Of a DNA stretch of 64,000 bases, positions 1-12,900 are shown piece after piece. The first letter of the stretch is position 1. Each line of letters starts with the position of its first letter. The stretch comes from an uncultured Planctomycetota bacterium. GTDB lineage: Bacteria > Planctomycetota > Planctomycetia > Isosphaerales > Isosphaeraceae. Both the position numbers and the translations under genes were made by a program. The stretch is taken from positions 342,997 to 406,996 of the forward strand of contig CAWJTV010000042.1 in the NCBI GenBank assembly GCA_963845755.1. The letters run 5' to 3'. Below the pieces are notes generated by a model. The model made no database searches. It saw nothing but the letters and a program-made list of their open reading frames with translations, and was not told the DNA's origin.

Positions 1-1
1 C

Positions 2-199
2 GGCGTCGATACTCCGTCGGTCGATTATGAGCCGCACCCCGCGCACTACCTGTTGCTCGGAGCTCACATGGTGATCGTCGAGAACTTGACCAGCCTGGAG
101 TTGATCGAGACCGGCGTCTTCGAGCTGATCGTCGTCCCCCTGAAACTTCGGGGGCTGGAGGCCTCGGTAGTGCGCGCGGTGGCGCGGGTGGACGCCTGA
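2..199 (+). CDS. Cyclase / kynurenine formamidase (KynB-like) family protein, C-terminal part (runs off window)
   Basis: Own translation of frame 2: GVDTPSVD...H..LL....IVENLTSL...ELIVVPLKLRGLEASVVRAVA*, the typical cyclase-family C-terminus. Confidence 0.8.
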   Translation, partial: GVDTPSVDYEPHPAHYLLLGAHMVIVENLTSLELIETGVFELIVVPLKLRGLEASVVRAVARVDA

Positions 200-218
200 G
201 TTCGGCGAAACGGCTCCG

Positions 219-1337
219 TCATCGTCCGCGCGTGTTCTGGACGTCGAACAGCACGGCGGCAACCAGCGCAGTACCGCGCACGATCAGCTTCCACTCGGGT
301 GTGATCGCCAGCAGGGTCATGCCGTTGAGGAGCGTGGCCATGACGGCCGCGCCAAACATCGTGCCCAGCACGGAGCCACGTCCTCCCTTGAGGCTCGTGC
401 CGCCGATCACGCAAGCGGCGATGGCATCGAGCTCCATCAACTCTCCGACGCTCACGGTCGCGGCCCCGGCGTACGAGGTCTGAAGGAACCCGGTCAGGGC
501 CACGACCAGTCCCATCAGGGCGTACGTTACAGTGACCGTCCGTTCCACCGGGATGCCCGCCATCCGCGCGGCCTCTTCGTTGCCACCGATCGCGAACAAG
601 GACCGGCCAAAGGGGGTCTGCGTCGCGAGCAACTGGGTCGCCAACGCGACGACACAAAGAATCAGGAACACCACCGGTACGCCCCGATAACGATTGCAGA
701 CCAGGACCGCCAGGAGCACGGCCTGAGCGGCCACGAACACCTTGAGGAACGCGAGTTCGGTCGTTTCGACCTCGAGCCCGGCCGCGCGCCGGCGGCTCCG
801 GCGTTTGTACATCCAGCCCGCGGTCAACAAGGCGAAAGCCGCCGCTAACGCCAGTCCCCACCACCCTGGCAGATACGAGGAGGCCAGCGCGGCGTACAGG
901 TTCGGCTCACCGCCGCGCGTCACCGGCACCGTGCTGCTGCGGATCGTCAGCCAGAACCAACCGCGGAAGACAAGCAATCCGCCGAGCGTCACGATGAAGG
1001 CCGGGATCCCCGTGCGCACGATTAACAGCCCCATCGCCGTCCAGACCAGCATCGCCACCAATGAGGAGATCCCCAACGCCGCCGGCGCGGGCCAACCGGC
1101 GCGGAAGACCAGCACGGCGGCCACGCCGCCGATCAACCCCGCGCCCGAACCCGCCGAGAGATCGATCTGCCCGGGCAGGATCACCAGCAGCATCCCCAAC
1201 GCCAGGACCGCCGTGACCGCCAGTTCGATCAGGAGCATCGATACGTTGCGCGGGGTCAGGAATTCCGGCGAGGCCGCCGCGAACCCGGTCGTCAGCGCGG
1301 CCAGTACCAGTGGCATTGTCAGTTCGCGAAGTCGCAA
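219..1337 (-). CDS. xylH: Sugar ABC transporter permease (XylH-like)
   Basis: Multi-TM protein with GQIDLSAGS, FAIGGNEEAARMAGI and ELDAIAACVIGGTSLKGGRG motifs. Confidence 0.85.
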   Translation of the reverse strand: MRLRELTMPLVLAALTTGFAAASPEFLTPRNVSMLLIELAVTAVLALGMLLVILPGQIDLSAGSGAGLIGGVAAVLVFRAGWPAPAALGISSLVAMLVWTAMGLLIVRTGIPAFIVTLGGLLVFRGWFWLTIRSSTVPVTRGGEPNLYAALASSYLPGWWGLALAAAFALLTAGWMYKRRSRRRAAGLEVETTELAFLKVFVAAQAVLLAVLVCNRYRGVPVVFLILCVVALATQLLATQTPFGRSLFAIGGNEEAARMAGIPVERTVTVTYALMGLVVALTGFLQTSYAGAATVSVGELMELDAIAACVIGGTSLKGGRGSVLGTMFGAAVMATLLNGMTLLAITPEWKLIVRGTALVAAVLFDVQNTRGR

Positions 1338-1549
1338 TGCCGTCCGTGCTCCTCGCTAAAATCCCCGGTTCCCGATACCGGATGATTTCCAGCTCATCTG
1401 GAATTAGGGATGAAAAGCAATTGCCAAGAACGGATAATCAAATGGCCGCACGCACGAATGGGCGGGGTCATGCCGTTATCACCACCTTCCCGGCTTCTCC
1501 GGGCCTGAGAGTGACCGTCAGCTTTTCCATCTTCGCGAGAACAACCTCA

Positions 1550-4500
1550 ATGGCAAGAGCCGACGTTGACACGAACCTGCTCCTCGGCATCCTGGCGCGT
1601 ACAGGTCGGCCTGATCGAACAAGCTGACCTGCTCGATGCCTTTCAGCGTTGGTCCAGGAACAAGACTCGCCCACTGGCCCAGGTCCTCGTCGAGCGGGGT
1701 GCGCTCACGGTGGAGGACCGCATCATGCTGGATGGCCTGGTGGTGCGTCATCTCGAGAAGCACAGCGGCGACATCGAGCGCAGTCTGGCCGCGGTCGCCG
1801 CGCCGCCGGCACTCGTGACTGGTCTGAGGCGCTGGGGGATCCCGAGATCCAGGCCACGTTGGCCCAGATCCCGTCGCTCATCAACGGCCGTTCTCCCATC
1901 CACGACGCGGTCGACACCGCGACCGCGTTTGATCTCCTCGCTGACTCGACGACGGACTGGTCCTCGGGGTTGGGGCAATCGACTTCCGACGGTGGTCGAT
2001 TCCACCCTCTCAGGCCGCACGCCAGGGGCGGCATCGGCCTGGTAAGCGTGGCGCTGGACAGCGAGCTCCATCGCGAGGTTGCGCTCAAGGAGATCCTCGC
2101 AGAGCAGGCCGACAACCCCACGAGCCGCACGCGCTTCCTGCTGGAGGCCGAGGTCACGGGGCGACTGGAGCATCCGGGCGTGGTCCCGGTATATGGCCTG
2201 GGTACCAACGGTCAGGGCCGCCCGTTCTATGCCATGCGGTTCATCCGCGGTGAGAGCCTCAAGGAAGCCATCGCAGTTTTCCACGAGTCCAAGGCCCCGC
2301 GCGGCGAGCAGGCCCTGGCGCTGCGCCAACTTCTCTCACGGTTCGTCGGCGTCTGCAACACGATGGCATACGCCCACAGCCGGGGGGTCCTCCATCGCGA
2401 TCTCAAACCGTCGAACATCATGCTGGGCCCCTACGGCGAAACCCTGGTCGTCGATTGGGGCCTGGCCAAGCTTGTGGGCCGCGACGATCCCTACCGCGAG
2501 CCGTCGGCAGAAACGACGCTCCGGCCGGGGAGTAGCTCGGGCTCCAGTGAGACCGAGGCGGGCACGATCATCGGTACGCCGGCCTACATGAGCCCGGAGC
2601 AGGCCGAGGGCCGCCTGGAGTCGCTCGGACCGCTCAGCGATGTCTACAGCCTCGGTGCCACTCTCTACTGCCTCTTGACCGGCCGGCCACCCTTCGAAGA
2701 ACCCGAGATCTTCGCGATGCTCCGGCAGGTGCAGAGGGGCGACTTCCGACCGCCTCGGCAGGTTGAGCACCAGGTGCCGCGGGCCCTGGAGTCCGTTGTA
2801 CTCAAGGCCATGGCGCTTGACTCGAAGGACCGGTACGACTCGGCCAGGGAACTGGCCCGGGAGGTCGAGAGATGGTTGGCGGACGAGCCGGTTTCGCGCC
2901 TATCCCGAGCCGCCGGCCGACCGCGTGGTCCGCTGGGCCAGGAATCACAAGCCGGTGGTGGCCGCCTTGGCGGTCCTGATTTTTTCGGCGATGGCTGCCC
3001 TGGCGGTCAACGACACCATGATCCGGAAGGAGAAGAATCGTACCGAAATGCAGCGCCGCCTGGCCGTGGATAACTTCCAGAAGGCCGATCAGCAGCGCCG
3101 GCTTGCCCAGCGTTTGTCAGGGACCCTCACGATCGACAGGGGACTGTCCCTCTGCGAGCGCGGCGAGGTCAACCGCGGGCTGCTTTGGTTGGCACATGCC
3201 ATGGAAGTGGCGTCTTCCGGCGATTCCGACATCCAGGACGCGGCCCGGGCGAGCCTCGCCGCCTGGAGTCGACAGCTCACATCCCTCAAGGCCGTTCTCC
3301 GCCACCCCAAAGAGATGGTCGTCGGCGCGACGTTCCGACCGGGAGCCAGCTCCATCCTGACGATCAGCAAGGAGTCCGGAAAGCCGATCTTCGACCTGAT
3401 GCTGTGGGACCTTAACTCGGGAAAGCCCCTGGGCCCTCCCCGGCAGTTCGGCGATCCCCTTGGCTGGATTCGCGATGGGAATGGGAGTCCCCGGCTGGTA
3501 CATGTATCTCTATCGCGACCCGCTCCGGGATTGGATCAGCCCCGACGGTACGACGATCCTCGTCGGGGACAGCGAGACGACGGTCCGACTGCGAGACATC
3601 ACGACGGGCCAACCCGTCGGAGAGCCGATCCCGTACGGGGAGCGGCTCCTCTGCGCGGCATACAGCCCGGACGGCACGCGGACTATCATCGGCGGCCAGG
3701 ATCGGACGGCGCGTGTCTTCGATGTGGCCTCGGGAGCACCGGCCGGCGCCCCGCTGCCTCATCAAGGCTGGGTCACCGACGTGGCTTACAGCCCTGATGG
3801 CCAGACCATCCTGACCGGCAGCCGAGACGGAACGGCCCAACTCTGGGAGGCCGCCACAGGCCGACCGATCCTCCCGCCGTTGAGGCACCAGAAGGATGTC
3901 ATGCGCGTGGCATACAATCCCGACGGGAAAACGGTCCTGACCGGCAGCTTCGACAACACGGCGCGGATCTGGGACGCCACGACAGGCAAGCCCATCGGCC
4001 GCCCTCTGGCGCACCGCGACGTCATCCTCTCGCTCGCGTTCAGCCCCGACGGTCGGACGGTGCTAACTGGCAGCCGGGACGGAACGGCCCGGCTCTGGAA
4101 CGCCGCCACCGGCGACCCGATCGGCGGCCTGTTGCAGCATCAGAGCTTCGTCGTCTTCGTCTCGTTCAGCCCGGATGGTCGAGTGGCCCTGACTTGCGGC
4201 GACGACAACGGCGCCCGGCTCTGGGACGCTTCGACCGGCCTTGAGTTGGGCAGCCCTTTGGAACACCTCGGAACGGTCTACGACGCGACCTTCCGTCCGG
4301 ATGGAGCCTTGCTCGTCACCGCCGCGTCCGACTTCGAGGCCCAGGTCTGGGATACCGCCACGAGCCTCTCCTCCGGCACATCCTTCCTGGAAGCAAGCCC
4401 GGTGAACAAGGTGGCCTTCAGCCCGGACGGCCGGACGATCGTCGTCGGTTGTACCGACGGAACGGCCCGGCTTCGCGATGTCGTGACGGGCCGCTCGATC

Positions 4501-5407
4501 GGGGAGCCGATGCGGCATGGTAGCTCGGTGGACACGGTCGCTATTAGCCCCGGGGGTCACACAGTATTGTCCGGTAGTTTGGACAAATCGGTGCGGCTCT
4601 GGGATGTCCTCACCGGCAAACCCGTCGGCGGACCGATGCGACACTCTGCACCCGTCAGGTCCGCCGCGTTCAGCCCGGACGGCCGGACCATTATCACCGG
4701 CGATTACGATGGCAGGGTGCGATTCTGGGACACCGCCACGGGTCAGCCCATCGGCCCGACACTCTCTCACACCAAGGGCGATCGCATCGAGACCGTCGCC
4801 TACAGCCCGGATGGCCGGATCGTCATCACGGGGAGCGACGATACCACCGGACGGCTCTGGGACGCCGCCACCGGCCAACCCATCGGCGAACCGCTCAAAC
4901 ATCAGGGTTCATTCCGAAGCGCCAGCTTCCGGCACGACGGCAAGATCGTCGCGACCGGAGGGTGGGACAAAGCGGTCCGTTTCTGGGACACGGCCACTGG
5001 CAAGCCGGCCGCTCCACCGCTGATGCTCCAGAGTCTCATCTCGGCCGTTGCGTTCAGTCCTGACGACAAATCCCTGCTCGTAGGCTGCTCGGACCAGACG
5101 GCACGGATCTGGGACCCGGCCACCGGCAAGCCCATCAGCCCCGCCTTCAAACACAGGGGCCGGGTCCCTTCCGTCGCCTTTCGCTTTGACGGACTGCGCC
5201 GCACTGACGGGCTCCGACGATGGGACAGCACGAATCTGGACCATCACCACCCCCGTGAAAGGGACCGTCGAACGGCTCAAGTGCTGGGCCGAGGTGCTGA
5301 CGCGGATGGAGCTCTCGTCGGACGGCGTCGTCCGGGTCCTGAGCGCCCAGGAGTGGGAAGCCCGCAACCAGCGGCTCAGGGAATTGGGCGGACCACCCGC
5401 GGCCTGA
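1550..5407 (+). CDS. Ser/Thr protein kinase with TM segment and C-terminal WD40 repeats (split by about 5 frameshifts)
   Basis: MARADVDTNLLLGILA N-terminus; HARGGIG, VALKE, HRDLKPSN, DWGLAK and GTPAYMSPEQ kinase motifs; more than 10 AFSPDG...ARLWD repeats, pieced across ORFs 1566, 1649, 2763, 3460, 5186. Confidence 0.9.
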
Positions 5408-5519
5408 GCGGCCGTGAGATGATCGAGTCAAGCTCCAGTTATTGAATAAAAAATTATAATAATATTTTCAGTATCTGAAATCTTCCACCCGATTCATTCA
5501 CGAACCTTGCGAATCCGCG

Positions 5520-7063
5520 CTAGCCGTGCCCGAGGGCCGCGGCCAGCACGACCTCCGGGTCGAATCGCTCGCGGGGCAGCTCGGCCGCGATCCGCCCCGC
5601 GCGGAGCACGATCAAGCGGTCACTCAGGCCAAGGAGCTCGGGCAGCTCGCTGGTTGCCAGCAGCACCCCCCTGCCCTGCTCCGTGAGGCGGTTGATCAGG
5701 TCGTAGATCTCAAGCTTGGTCGAGACGTTGACGCCCCGGGTCGGCTCATCCATGAGGATGACGCGCGGCTCGGTCAACAAGGCCCGACCGAGGAGCACTT
5801 TCTGCTGGTTGCCGCCGGAGAGGCCGCGGATCGGCAGCTCCGGTCCCGCGGCCCGGACGCGCAGGGATTCCGAAGTCTCGCGGAAGAGCCGTACTTCCTC
5901 GGCCGCGTCGAGCAGTCCGTGTCGAGTCAACCGCTTCAAGGCCGACAAGGTCAGGTTGAAGGCGACCGGCTGGTCTGGGATGAGGCCGAACCGGCGGCGG
6001 TCCTCGCTCACCAGGGCTAGCCCGCGGAGGAGTGATGTCGGCGGCGTAGGGTTATCGTAAGTCTCGCCCAGGAGGCGGACCGAGCCGGCGGTCCGGACGC
6101 CCCACGCGCCATAACAATGCATGAGTAGCTCAGATCGCCCCGCGCCCATCAGCCCGGCGAGTCCGACCACCTCCCCCGCGCGGACATGGAAGTCGATTCC
6201 GGCCAGCCGTGATGGTTGGCCGCGCCCCGGGGCGACGTCGAGTCCCGAGACTTCCAGGAGCACCGGACCGGTCAGTTCGCGCGGCGGCGAAACGCCGGGG
6301 AGCGGCCTCGGCCGCGGGCCGGCCGGCCATCGCGCCGATCAACTCGCTCGCCGCGACGCCGCCGGTCGAGAACCATGCGACGCTCCGTCCGTCGCGAAGC
6401 ACAGTCACCCGATCGGCGACGGCCCGCACCTCCTCCAGTCGGTGCGTGATGTAGACGCAGGCGACCCCATCGCGGGCGAGCCGTCGCACCAGGTCGAGCA
6501 GGCGCCTCGCCTCGGTTTCTCCCAGGGCCGCGGTCGGCTCGTCGAGGATCAGCACCCGCGAGCTCTTGCGAACCGCCTTGAGGATCTCGACCTGCTGCTT
6601 CCGCCCGACGCCGAGCATCCCGGCCGGTTGCTCCGGGTCGAGGTCCACACCAAACCGTCGTAGAAGCGCGACGGACTCGCGTAACACGCGCGGCCAGTTC
6701 AACCCGCACCCCGCGCCGCGGCAGGTCCCCCAGAAACAGGTTCTCGGCAATCGAGAGGCCCTCGATGAGCGCGAGTTCTTGATGGATCACGGCGATGCCT
6801 GCGTGCGCGGAATTGCGCGGGGAGTGGAACCGCGCCACTCGGCCATCCACCCGGATCGTCCCGCGGTAGCTGCCGAACGGGTGAACCCCGGAGAGTATCT
6901 TGATCAGCGTGGACTTGCCCGCCCCGTTCTCGCCGCACAGGGCATGGACCTCGCCGTCGCGGATGTCGAAGTCGACGTTGTTGAGCGCGATGACTCCGCC
7001 GAACTGCTTGCCGATCCCGCGCGCCTCGAGCCGGGATGAATCGGCTGCAGGCCGATCGCTCAT
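5520..7063 (-). CDS. xylG: Sugar ABC transporter ATP-binding protein, two ABC domains (XylG-like; frameshifted)
   Basis: GENGAGKST Walker A, LILDEPTAAL, GLMGAGRSEL, LSGGNQQKV across ORFs 6272-7063, 6130-6750, 5520-6263. Confidence 0.85.
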
Positions 7064-8103
7064 CGTAGATCCTCCGCACGGTGAAAGCCGTCGCGGACGA
7101 CGGTGGCCTCGAGGTTGTCGCGGTTGACGACGACCACCGACTCGAGGATGCTGGGCACCTCCTTTACTCCGTTGGGCACTCCGTCACGGGCAATCACGGG
7201 CCGGTGACGGGCCAGCGCGACAGACACCTCCGCCGCGCGTTCGGCGAGCCGGACCAGGGGCTTGTACACGGACATCGTCTGCGACCCGCGCACGATCCGC
7301 TGGCAGGCGGCGAGGTCGGCGTCCTGACCGGTCACCAGGACCTTGCCCGCAAGCCCCTCTTCCAGAAGTGCCTGGATCGCCCCTCCCGCCGTACCGTCAT
7401 TCGTAGCCAGTACCGCGTCGAAGGTGGCGCCTCGCGACGTGATTGCCGCATTGACGATCCGCTTGGCCTCGGCCGGCTTCCAGCCGGCGGCGTAGTCCTC
7501 GTGGACGACGATGATCTCCCGGCGGGCGATGAATGGTCCGAGCACTTCGTCCTGACCCTGCTTGAACAGCAGGCCCGTCTGGTCGGTCTTCGGACCGTAA
7601 ACGCGAACGATTTTCCCCTTCCCGTCGAGCCGCCGGACCAGGTATTCCGCCTGGAGCCGGCCGACGCGCACGTTGTCGAAACTGAGATAAAGATCCACGT
7701 CGCAGCCGGTGATCAGCCGGTCGTAACAGACGACGGGCACTCCTGCCGCGTGAGCGGCGTTGACGGCCCGGCCCATCGCGGTCGGGTCGTGAGCCACCAC
7801 GACCAGCACCTGGATCCCGCGGCTCAACAGCGACTCGATGTCCTGCATCTGCCGGGCCGTCTCGCTGTTGCCCGACTGCACGAACACCTCGGCCCCCAGC
7901 TCTTTAGACCGGGCAATGAACCGATCTCGATCGCGCTGCCAGCGCTCTTCCTGGAGGGTCCCCAGCGACAATCCGATACGCGGAATGCTGCCTTCCCGCC
8001 TGAGCCGAGCACCATCTCTTCCCCGTTCGGCGATCGTGATGCCGATCAGTACGCTGAGCAGCAGGGAGACCACGACCAGGCCGGTACGGAGTGACATGGA
8101 CAT
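7060..8103 (-). CDS. xylF: Sugar ABC transporter substrate-binding protein (XylF-like)
   Basis: N-terminal hydrophobic anchor; EERWQRDRD, YDRLI, SFDNVRVG, NDGTAGGAIQAL, GQDAD and QTMSVYKP motifs; 4-bp overlap with xylG. Confidence 0.85.
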   Translation of the reverse strand: MSMSLRTGLVVVSLLLSVLIGITIAERGRDGARLRREGSIPRIGLSLGTLQEERWQRDRDRFIARSKELGAEVFVQSGNSETARQMQDIESLLSRGIQVLVVVAHDPTAMGRAVNAAHAAGVPVVCYDRLITGCDVDLYLSFDNVRVGRLQAEYLVRRLDGKGKIVRVYGPKTDQTGLLFKQGQDEVLGPFIARREIIVVHEDYAAGWKPAEAKRIVNAAITSRGATFDAVLATNDGTAGGAIQALLEEGLAGKVLVTGQDADLAACQRIVRGSQTMSVYKPLVRLAERAAEVSVALARHRPVIARDGVPNGVKEVPSILESVVVVNRDNLEATVVRDGFHRAEDLR

Positions 8104-8109
8104 TCCATT

Positions 8110-8516
8110 TCAAACGGCCCGGTTCTCGACCGACAGTCCTGGGCCGGCGGGCAGGTCGGTGTGGTCGGTGATAACTGTGCAGTTCCCGAGCGCCGGTTCA
8201 ATGGCCGCCACCATGGTATTGATCTGCTGCATGGGGCGCCCGATTCGCCCAAGGTGGGCCGCGATTCGTCCGTACTCCTCGGAAGCCTGCGATCCCACGG
8301 CCGGCGGCGCACCCGGCTCAGGCCGCGCACAAGCCTTGGTCGGTTGACGTCGCGAGCTGCGCCGAACACCACACCAAAGAACAATTCGGCGAGCCATGGC
8401 AGACAGGTTCCGATGACGGCACCTGGAATCCCGGCGTCACGGATTCACACATCCATGCCTCTGCGGACGTCGATCAGGTCCTCCATCGCGTTCGCGTCGA
8501 GGAGGTATCGGGTCAA
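8110..8516 (-). pseudogene. PIN-domain VapC-like toxin pseudogene
   Basis: Own translation from TTG 8516: MTRYLLDAN...DV*IRDAG...LAELFFG...[frameshift]ASEEYGRIAAHLGRIGRPMQQINTMVAAI...TVITD.TDL; has an in-frame TGA plus a frameshift. Confidence 0.75.
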
Positions 8517-8530
8517 TCGCCTAACCGGAC

Positions 8531-9723
8531 TTATTGGAATGTCCCGACCGCCCGGATCAGCGCCGCCGACTGCCTCATCGGTGGCGGTCTCGGAGTCCTT
8601 CCCGCCCTCATTGGTCGCGACGATGAAGGCGAGGTTCCGGGCCGGGGCCAGCCAGACTGTGGCAAACCAGAGGGTATTGCTTCCGCTGTGGTTGAGCGCG
8701 CGGCCACCCGCCCAGGTGCGCTGGACGGCGATCCAGCCGCCCGCGTAATCCAGTCCGGGAGGCGGAGTCTGGACGCGCCTTGAAAGTGGAGAGCTTCAAC
8801 AGCCTCGCCTGACCGCGCGCGCCCGCTAGGTGAAGCGCGGCGAACTTGCCCCAATCCGGTATCGAGCAATGCACGGTGACGGCCGGCCCCATCACCGGTG
8901 GATTGTCCTGTTGCACGGGTCGGACCTGTCCGCCCGAAACGCGATGGCCCCAGGGTTGGCTGACGGTCCCTGGCCGGCCTGGGATGCCGAACCCCGCGCT
9001 GGTCATCCCGAGTGGCGTGAAGAGCCGGCGCCTCATCAGGGTCTCCCACGGCTGGCCGGCGACCTGTTCGGCCATCAGGCCGGCCAGGACATAGCCGACG
9101 TTCGAATACACGTAGGTCGAACCGGGCCGGTTTTCCGGCGGCTTGATGAGCAGCGTGGTCAGGAGCGAAGACCGTTGCTCGGTCGTCGTCTGGCCGCGGA
9201 GTTCCCACCACGGCACGTCCTTAGGCAGGCCCGCCCGGTGGGTCAGGAGCTGGGACAGGGTCACTTCCTGAAACTGGGGATCGAGCCGCGGGGCGATGTA
9301 TCGGAACACATCCCCGATCGTCGAGTTCCAGGACAACTTCCCTTCGTTGACCAGCATGCCGATGATCGTGGCCGTCATCGCCTTGGTACACGAGCCGATA
9401 TGAACCTGGTCCGTGACCTTGATCGGCTGCGCGGAGCCAATCTTGCGGATGCCGACGGCCCCGATCGCTGTGAGCCGATTCCCCATGAAGATCGCACCGA
9501 TCAGGCCCGGCAGATGGTGGTCATCGCGAACCGGGTCGAGTAACTGTTCGATGCGTACGTCCGACTCGACCGCGACCGGGTCGGCCGTGTCCTTTTTCTG
9601 AGTGGACTTCTTGCTCTTCGATTTCGACTTCGACTTCGCTGGCGATTGTGCCCAGGCCCCGCTATAACTTCCGGCCAACCCCTGAATCGTCACAGTCTGG
9701 AGGAGCGTGCGTCGGGTGAACAT
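8531..9723 (-). CDS. Serine hydrolase, beta-lactamase/class C family, Tat-type signal (frameshifted near 3' end)
   Basis: TRRTLL signal, GSCTK (SxxK), LLTHRAGL, YSNVGY, and HSGSN in the shifted frame. Confidence 0.85.
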
Positions 9724-9977
9724 TGATGGGTTCCTGGCGCCGGCAGCAAGAGATCCGCGCCGGACGCCGTTGAACGCTGCATGCTGGAATGGCAGCCCAC
9801 AAGGGCTTATCCCCCAAGATTACCCTATCCCCGAGGCGCCTGCAACTTTTCACGAACCGGATGCATCCACAAGAATTCGTTGACCGTCCGGACAAGCTGG
9901 CTGGCGTCGAGGCGACCCGACGGAGGCCTGCTCCATACACACACAATTGGTGAAACACTCTGGGAGTCCCTCTCTCA

Positions 9978-12900
9978 TCAAACAATGCCTCTACGACGGA
10001 GCAAGTTCGCGAGAGCGGGCCGACGGGGCAAGGTTCGTCCTGACTGTCGCTTATGGGCATCCATGCGCCCTGTTCCACGAACCCAAATACCGGCTGCTAG
10101 GCCCAGAACGGCCAGCCCTGCCGCGTAGTCGGCGGGCGGGAGAGGCCCGTCTTTCTGCGAGAGAGGATCGCCAACGATCTGGTGGCGAGTGGCCCAATTC
10201 GCCCGGAGAACCGGTATCGTGATCGTTCCGTTCACCCGCTCTGCCGGACACAGGACCGCGTTGACGGCCAACTCATCCAGGACCGCGTCGGAAACAAGCC
10301 CGGTCCGGGGCCGTGATCGAACGAGTTCATCGAGGACCTCCCGATGTGTCGCCAGCGATCCATCAGGATCCACGGACTCGACCGGAGAGATCACCGCGGC
10401 GTGTGCCATGGACGACGAGACCCCGTGCGTACCGAAACTGGTAGAGACCGGCGAGACCGTGAGTATGGCCGGTGACTGAAGATTCGGGCCGAGGGGGTTG
10501 GAAATCATCGTCGCGCCGGGCGCCTGGATGGTGCCATTCCGCCCCAGGGAGCCGGGCGCCGGCCCCAGAGTCGTCCCCGATCCTGTCACTGGCGTGACCA
10601 CCGAGTGGCTCGCCATCAGGTCCTGCACTGACGTCCCGCCCATCGGCGTGCTGTTGGTGCTGGCGGCCCCCGGTCCGTGGCCATAGCCGAAGTCGCCGCT
10701 CGACACGGAGATGGCATTGAATACGCTGAACGAATTATTAGTACCGCCACCACTCAACCAGGTGTTGTCGAGCGTGGCATCCTGCAAGGCGCCGACCGTC
10801 GGGCCAGCGTACGTCGTGCCGGGACCCTGGTAGGCGACCAGGTCCGGCACCAGGAGATTGGCCACCGGAGTCCCCAGGCCGGTCACGAGGTTGTAACCGG
10901 GATTCGCGTCATAGCCGTTGCTGCCGCTGGCGATCACGTTGTAATCGCTCTGGGGTAGGCATATAGAGGCGCTTGCTGTGTCTCAGTCGGGCTGGAGCTA
11001 TTCAACACGGCTTCGCCCGCGTCGACCCGTCCCTGGTTGACCAGGGCGACCAGTCCCGCAAAGGCCGGGGCCGCCAGGCTCGTGCCGCCGACGACCTCGA
11101 ACGGATTACTGGGATCAAGATTATAGGTATCGGAGATCCACGCTCCCGTGGCCGGGTCGGCGACCATGGAGACGTCGGGCGTGGTCCGGCTGCCGGTGGA
11201 CTGCACTCCCTGCTGGTAGGACGGCTCGGACTCGTACAGACTGATGCCGCCTCCGGAGCCGATCGACATCCCCGCCGAATCCGAGTAGTATCCCCACCCC
11301 GTCTCGCTGTTGTACGAGTTATCGGCGTTGAGATTCAGGCTCGTGCCGCCGACCGCTACCACGTTGGGCGAGAACGCGGGGTACTCGGGATCGGCCGCAC
11401 CGTAGTCGCCGGTGCTGGCCAGGAAGGTGACACCTGGAACATTGAAGACGTTGTCGTAATTCGCCTCGTCGGCGGCGAAGACGGCCTGGCCTTCCGGCAA
11501 ACCCCAGCTCATCGTCACGACGGACACGCCGGGTTGACTGGCCGCGGTGGTCACGCTCGCCATCAAGTCGGAGAGCGATTGGCTGTCGGCTTCGACCAGG
11601 ATGATCTGCGCCCCGGGGGCAATGGCGTGGGTCCATTCGACGTCGAGGGCTTCCTCGACTTCCCAGTTGTCGGTGCCGGCCCCGTTCGGGTCGGTCGAAG
11701 GCAAGGGGCTGGTTTGGCCGCCCTCGTTAAGCACGGTCAGGAACGAGGACGCCGGCCCATACTGATCGTAGATCGTCGGGCCGGACCCGGTCAGGCCGAA
11801 TTGCCCATCGAAGGTGTCCACGGACGCGAAGATATTCGGGTCGTCGTAGGCGTCGACGATGGCGATCGTCTGGCCGGTGCCGTCCTCCGAGAGGTTGCTA
11901 ATGCCGTAAGCCGTTCGGATCTGGGCCGGGGAGTAGCGCCAGCCCTGAATCGCCAATCGTCGCATTCCTGATGCCGCCGGCCGTGTTGATACCGCTGAAC
12001 ACCGCGCTCGACGCATTGGACTCCGAGGAGCTGAGACCGTTACTCGCGAGACCGTCGACGGTCGCAACCAAGGTAACGATGCTGCACGAGGTGTAGTTCG
12101 ACAAGCCCAGGGCCGAGCCGTAAGAGCCGATGTTGTAGGTATTCACTCCGACGCCGCAAGCCGTAATGGCACTGGGGGCGAAACCGTAGGATTTCGCGAC
12201 GGTGCCTCCCAGGCTCTGGTCGGTCACGTACGCGGAGAGTGCCGTCGCCATCACCTGGGCGGTTGCCCCGGACAGGCCCTTCACATAGCGGGCGACCTGG
12301 GAATTCGTCTGCCCCTGGAGGCCCCCGAAGAGATTCGGACTGATGGTGGCCAGCCAGTTACCAAGGTTCGTGCAGGTCAACCCGCCGTTGAGGCTGTTGA
12401 TCAAGCCCTGGCCGTTCGAGGCGGTCCAGAACGAACTCGTCGCCGTCTGGTTCGAGCACACACCCGAACCGGACAATCCGGAAGGAGCGCTCGTACCGCC
12501 GTTGTCCGAGTCGATTAGCCGGTTCTGAGCACTGTAGAAGTCGCTCGGGGACAAGCCGAGTTGGGAGATGACCGTCCCGCAGACCAGGTCGATCTGATAG
12601 TAGGAGCTGGGTATCGTGACGGGCCCGAGCGTGTGCGTGCCCGGACCGAAGACTCCTGTGGCCTGCTGGTGGACCTGCTGGAGGTATGCCGAGCTTGCGC
12701 TGAAGTACGGTTGTGGCGCGATGTAACTGACGAGCGAGAGCTGGTCGTAATCTCCGCTGGGCACCGTGAAGGTCACCGAGACTGTCTCACCTTGTACCGT
12801 ATTGCCGTGGAGTACCGAGGCCGAAGTGGTCCTGCCGCCGGACGGGGTCAGCGAATACGAGAGCTGCTGCAAGTTGCAGCAGGGGCTGACCACCATCACC

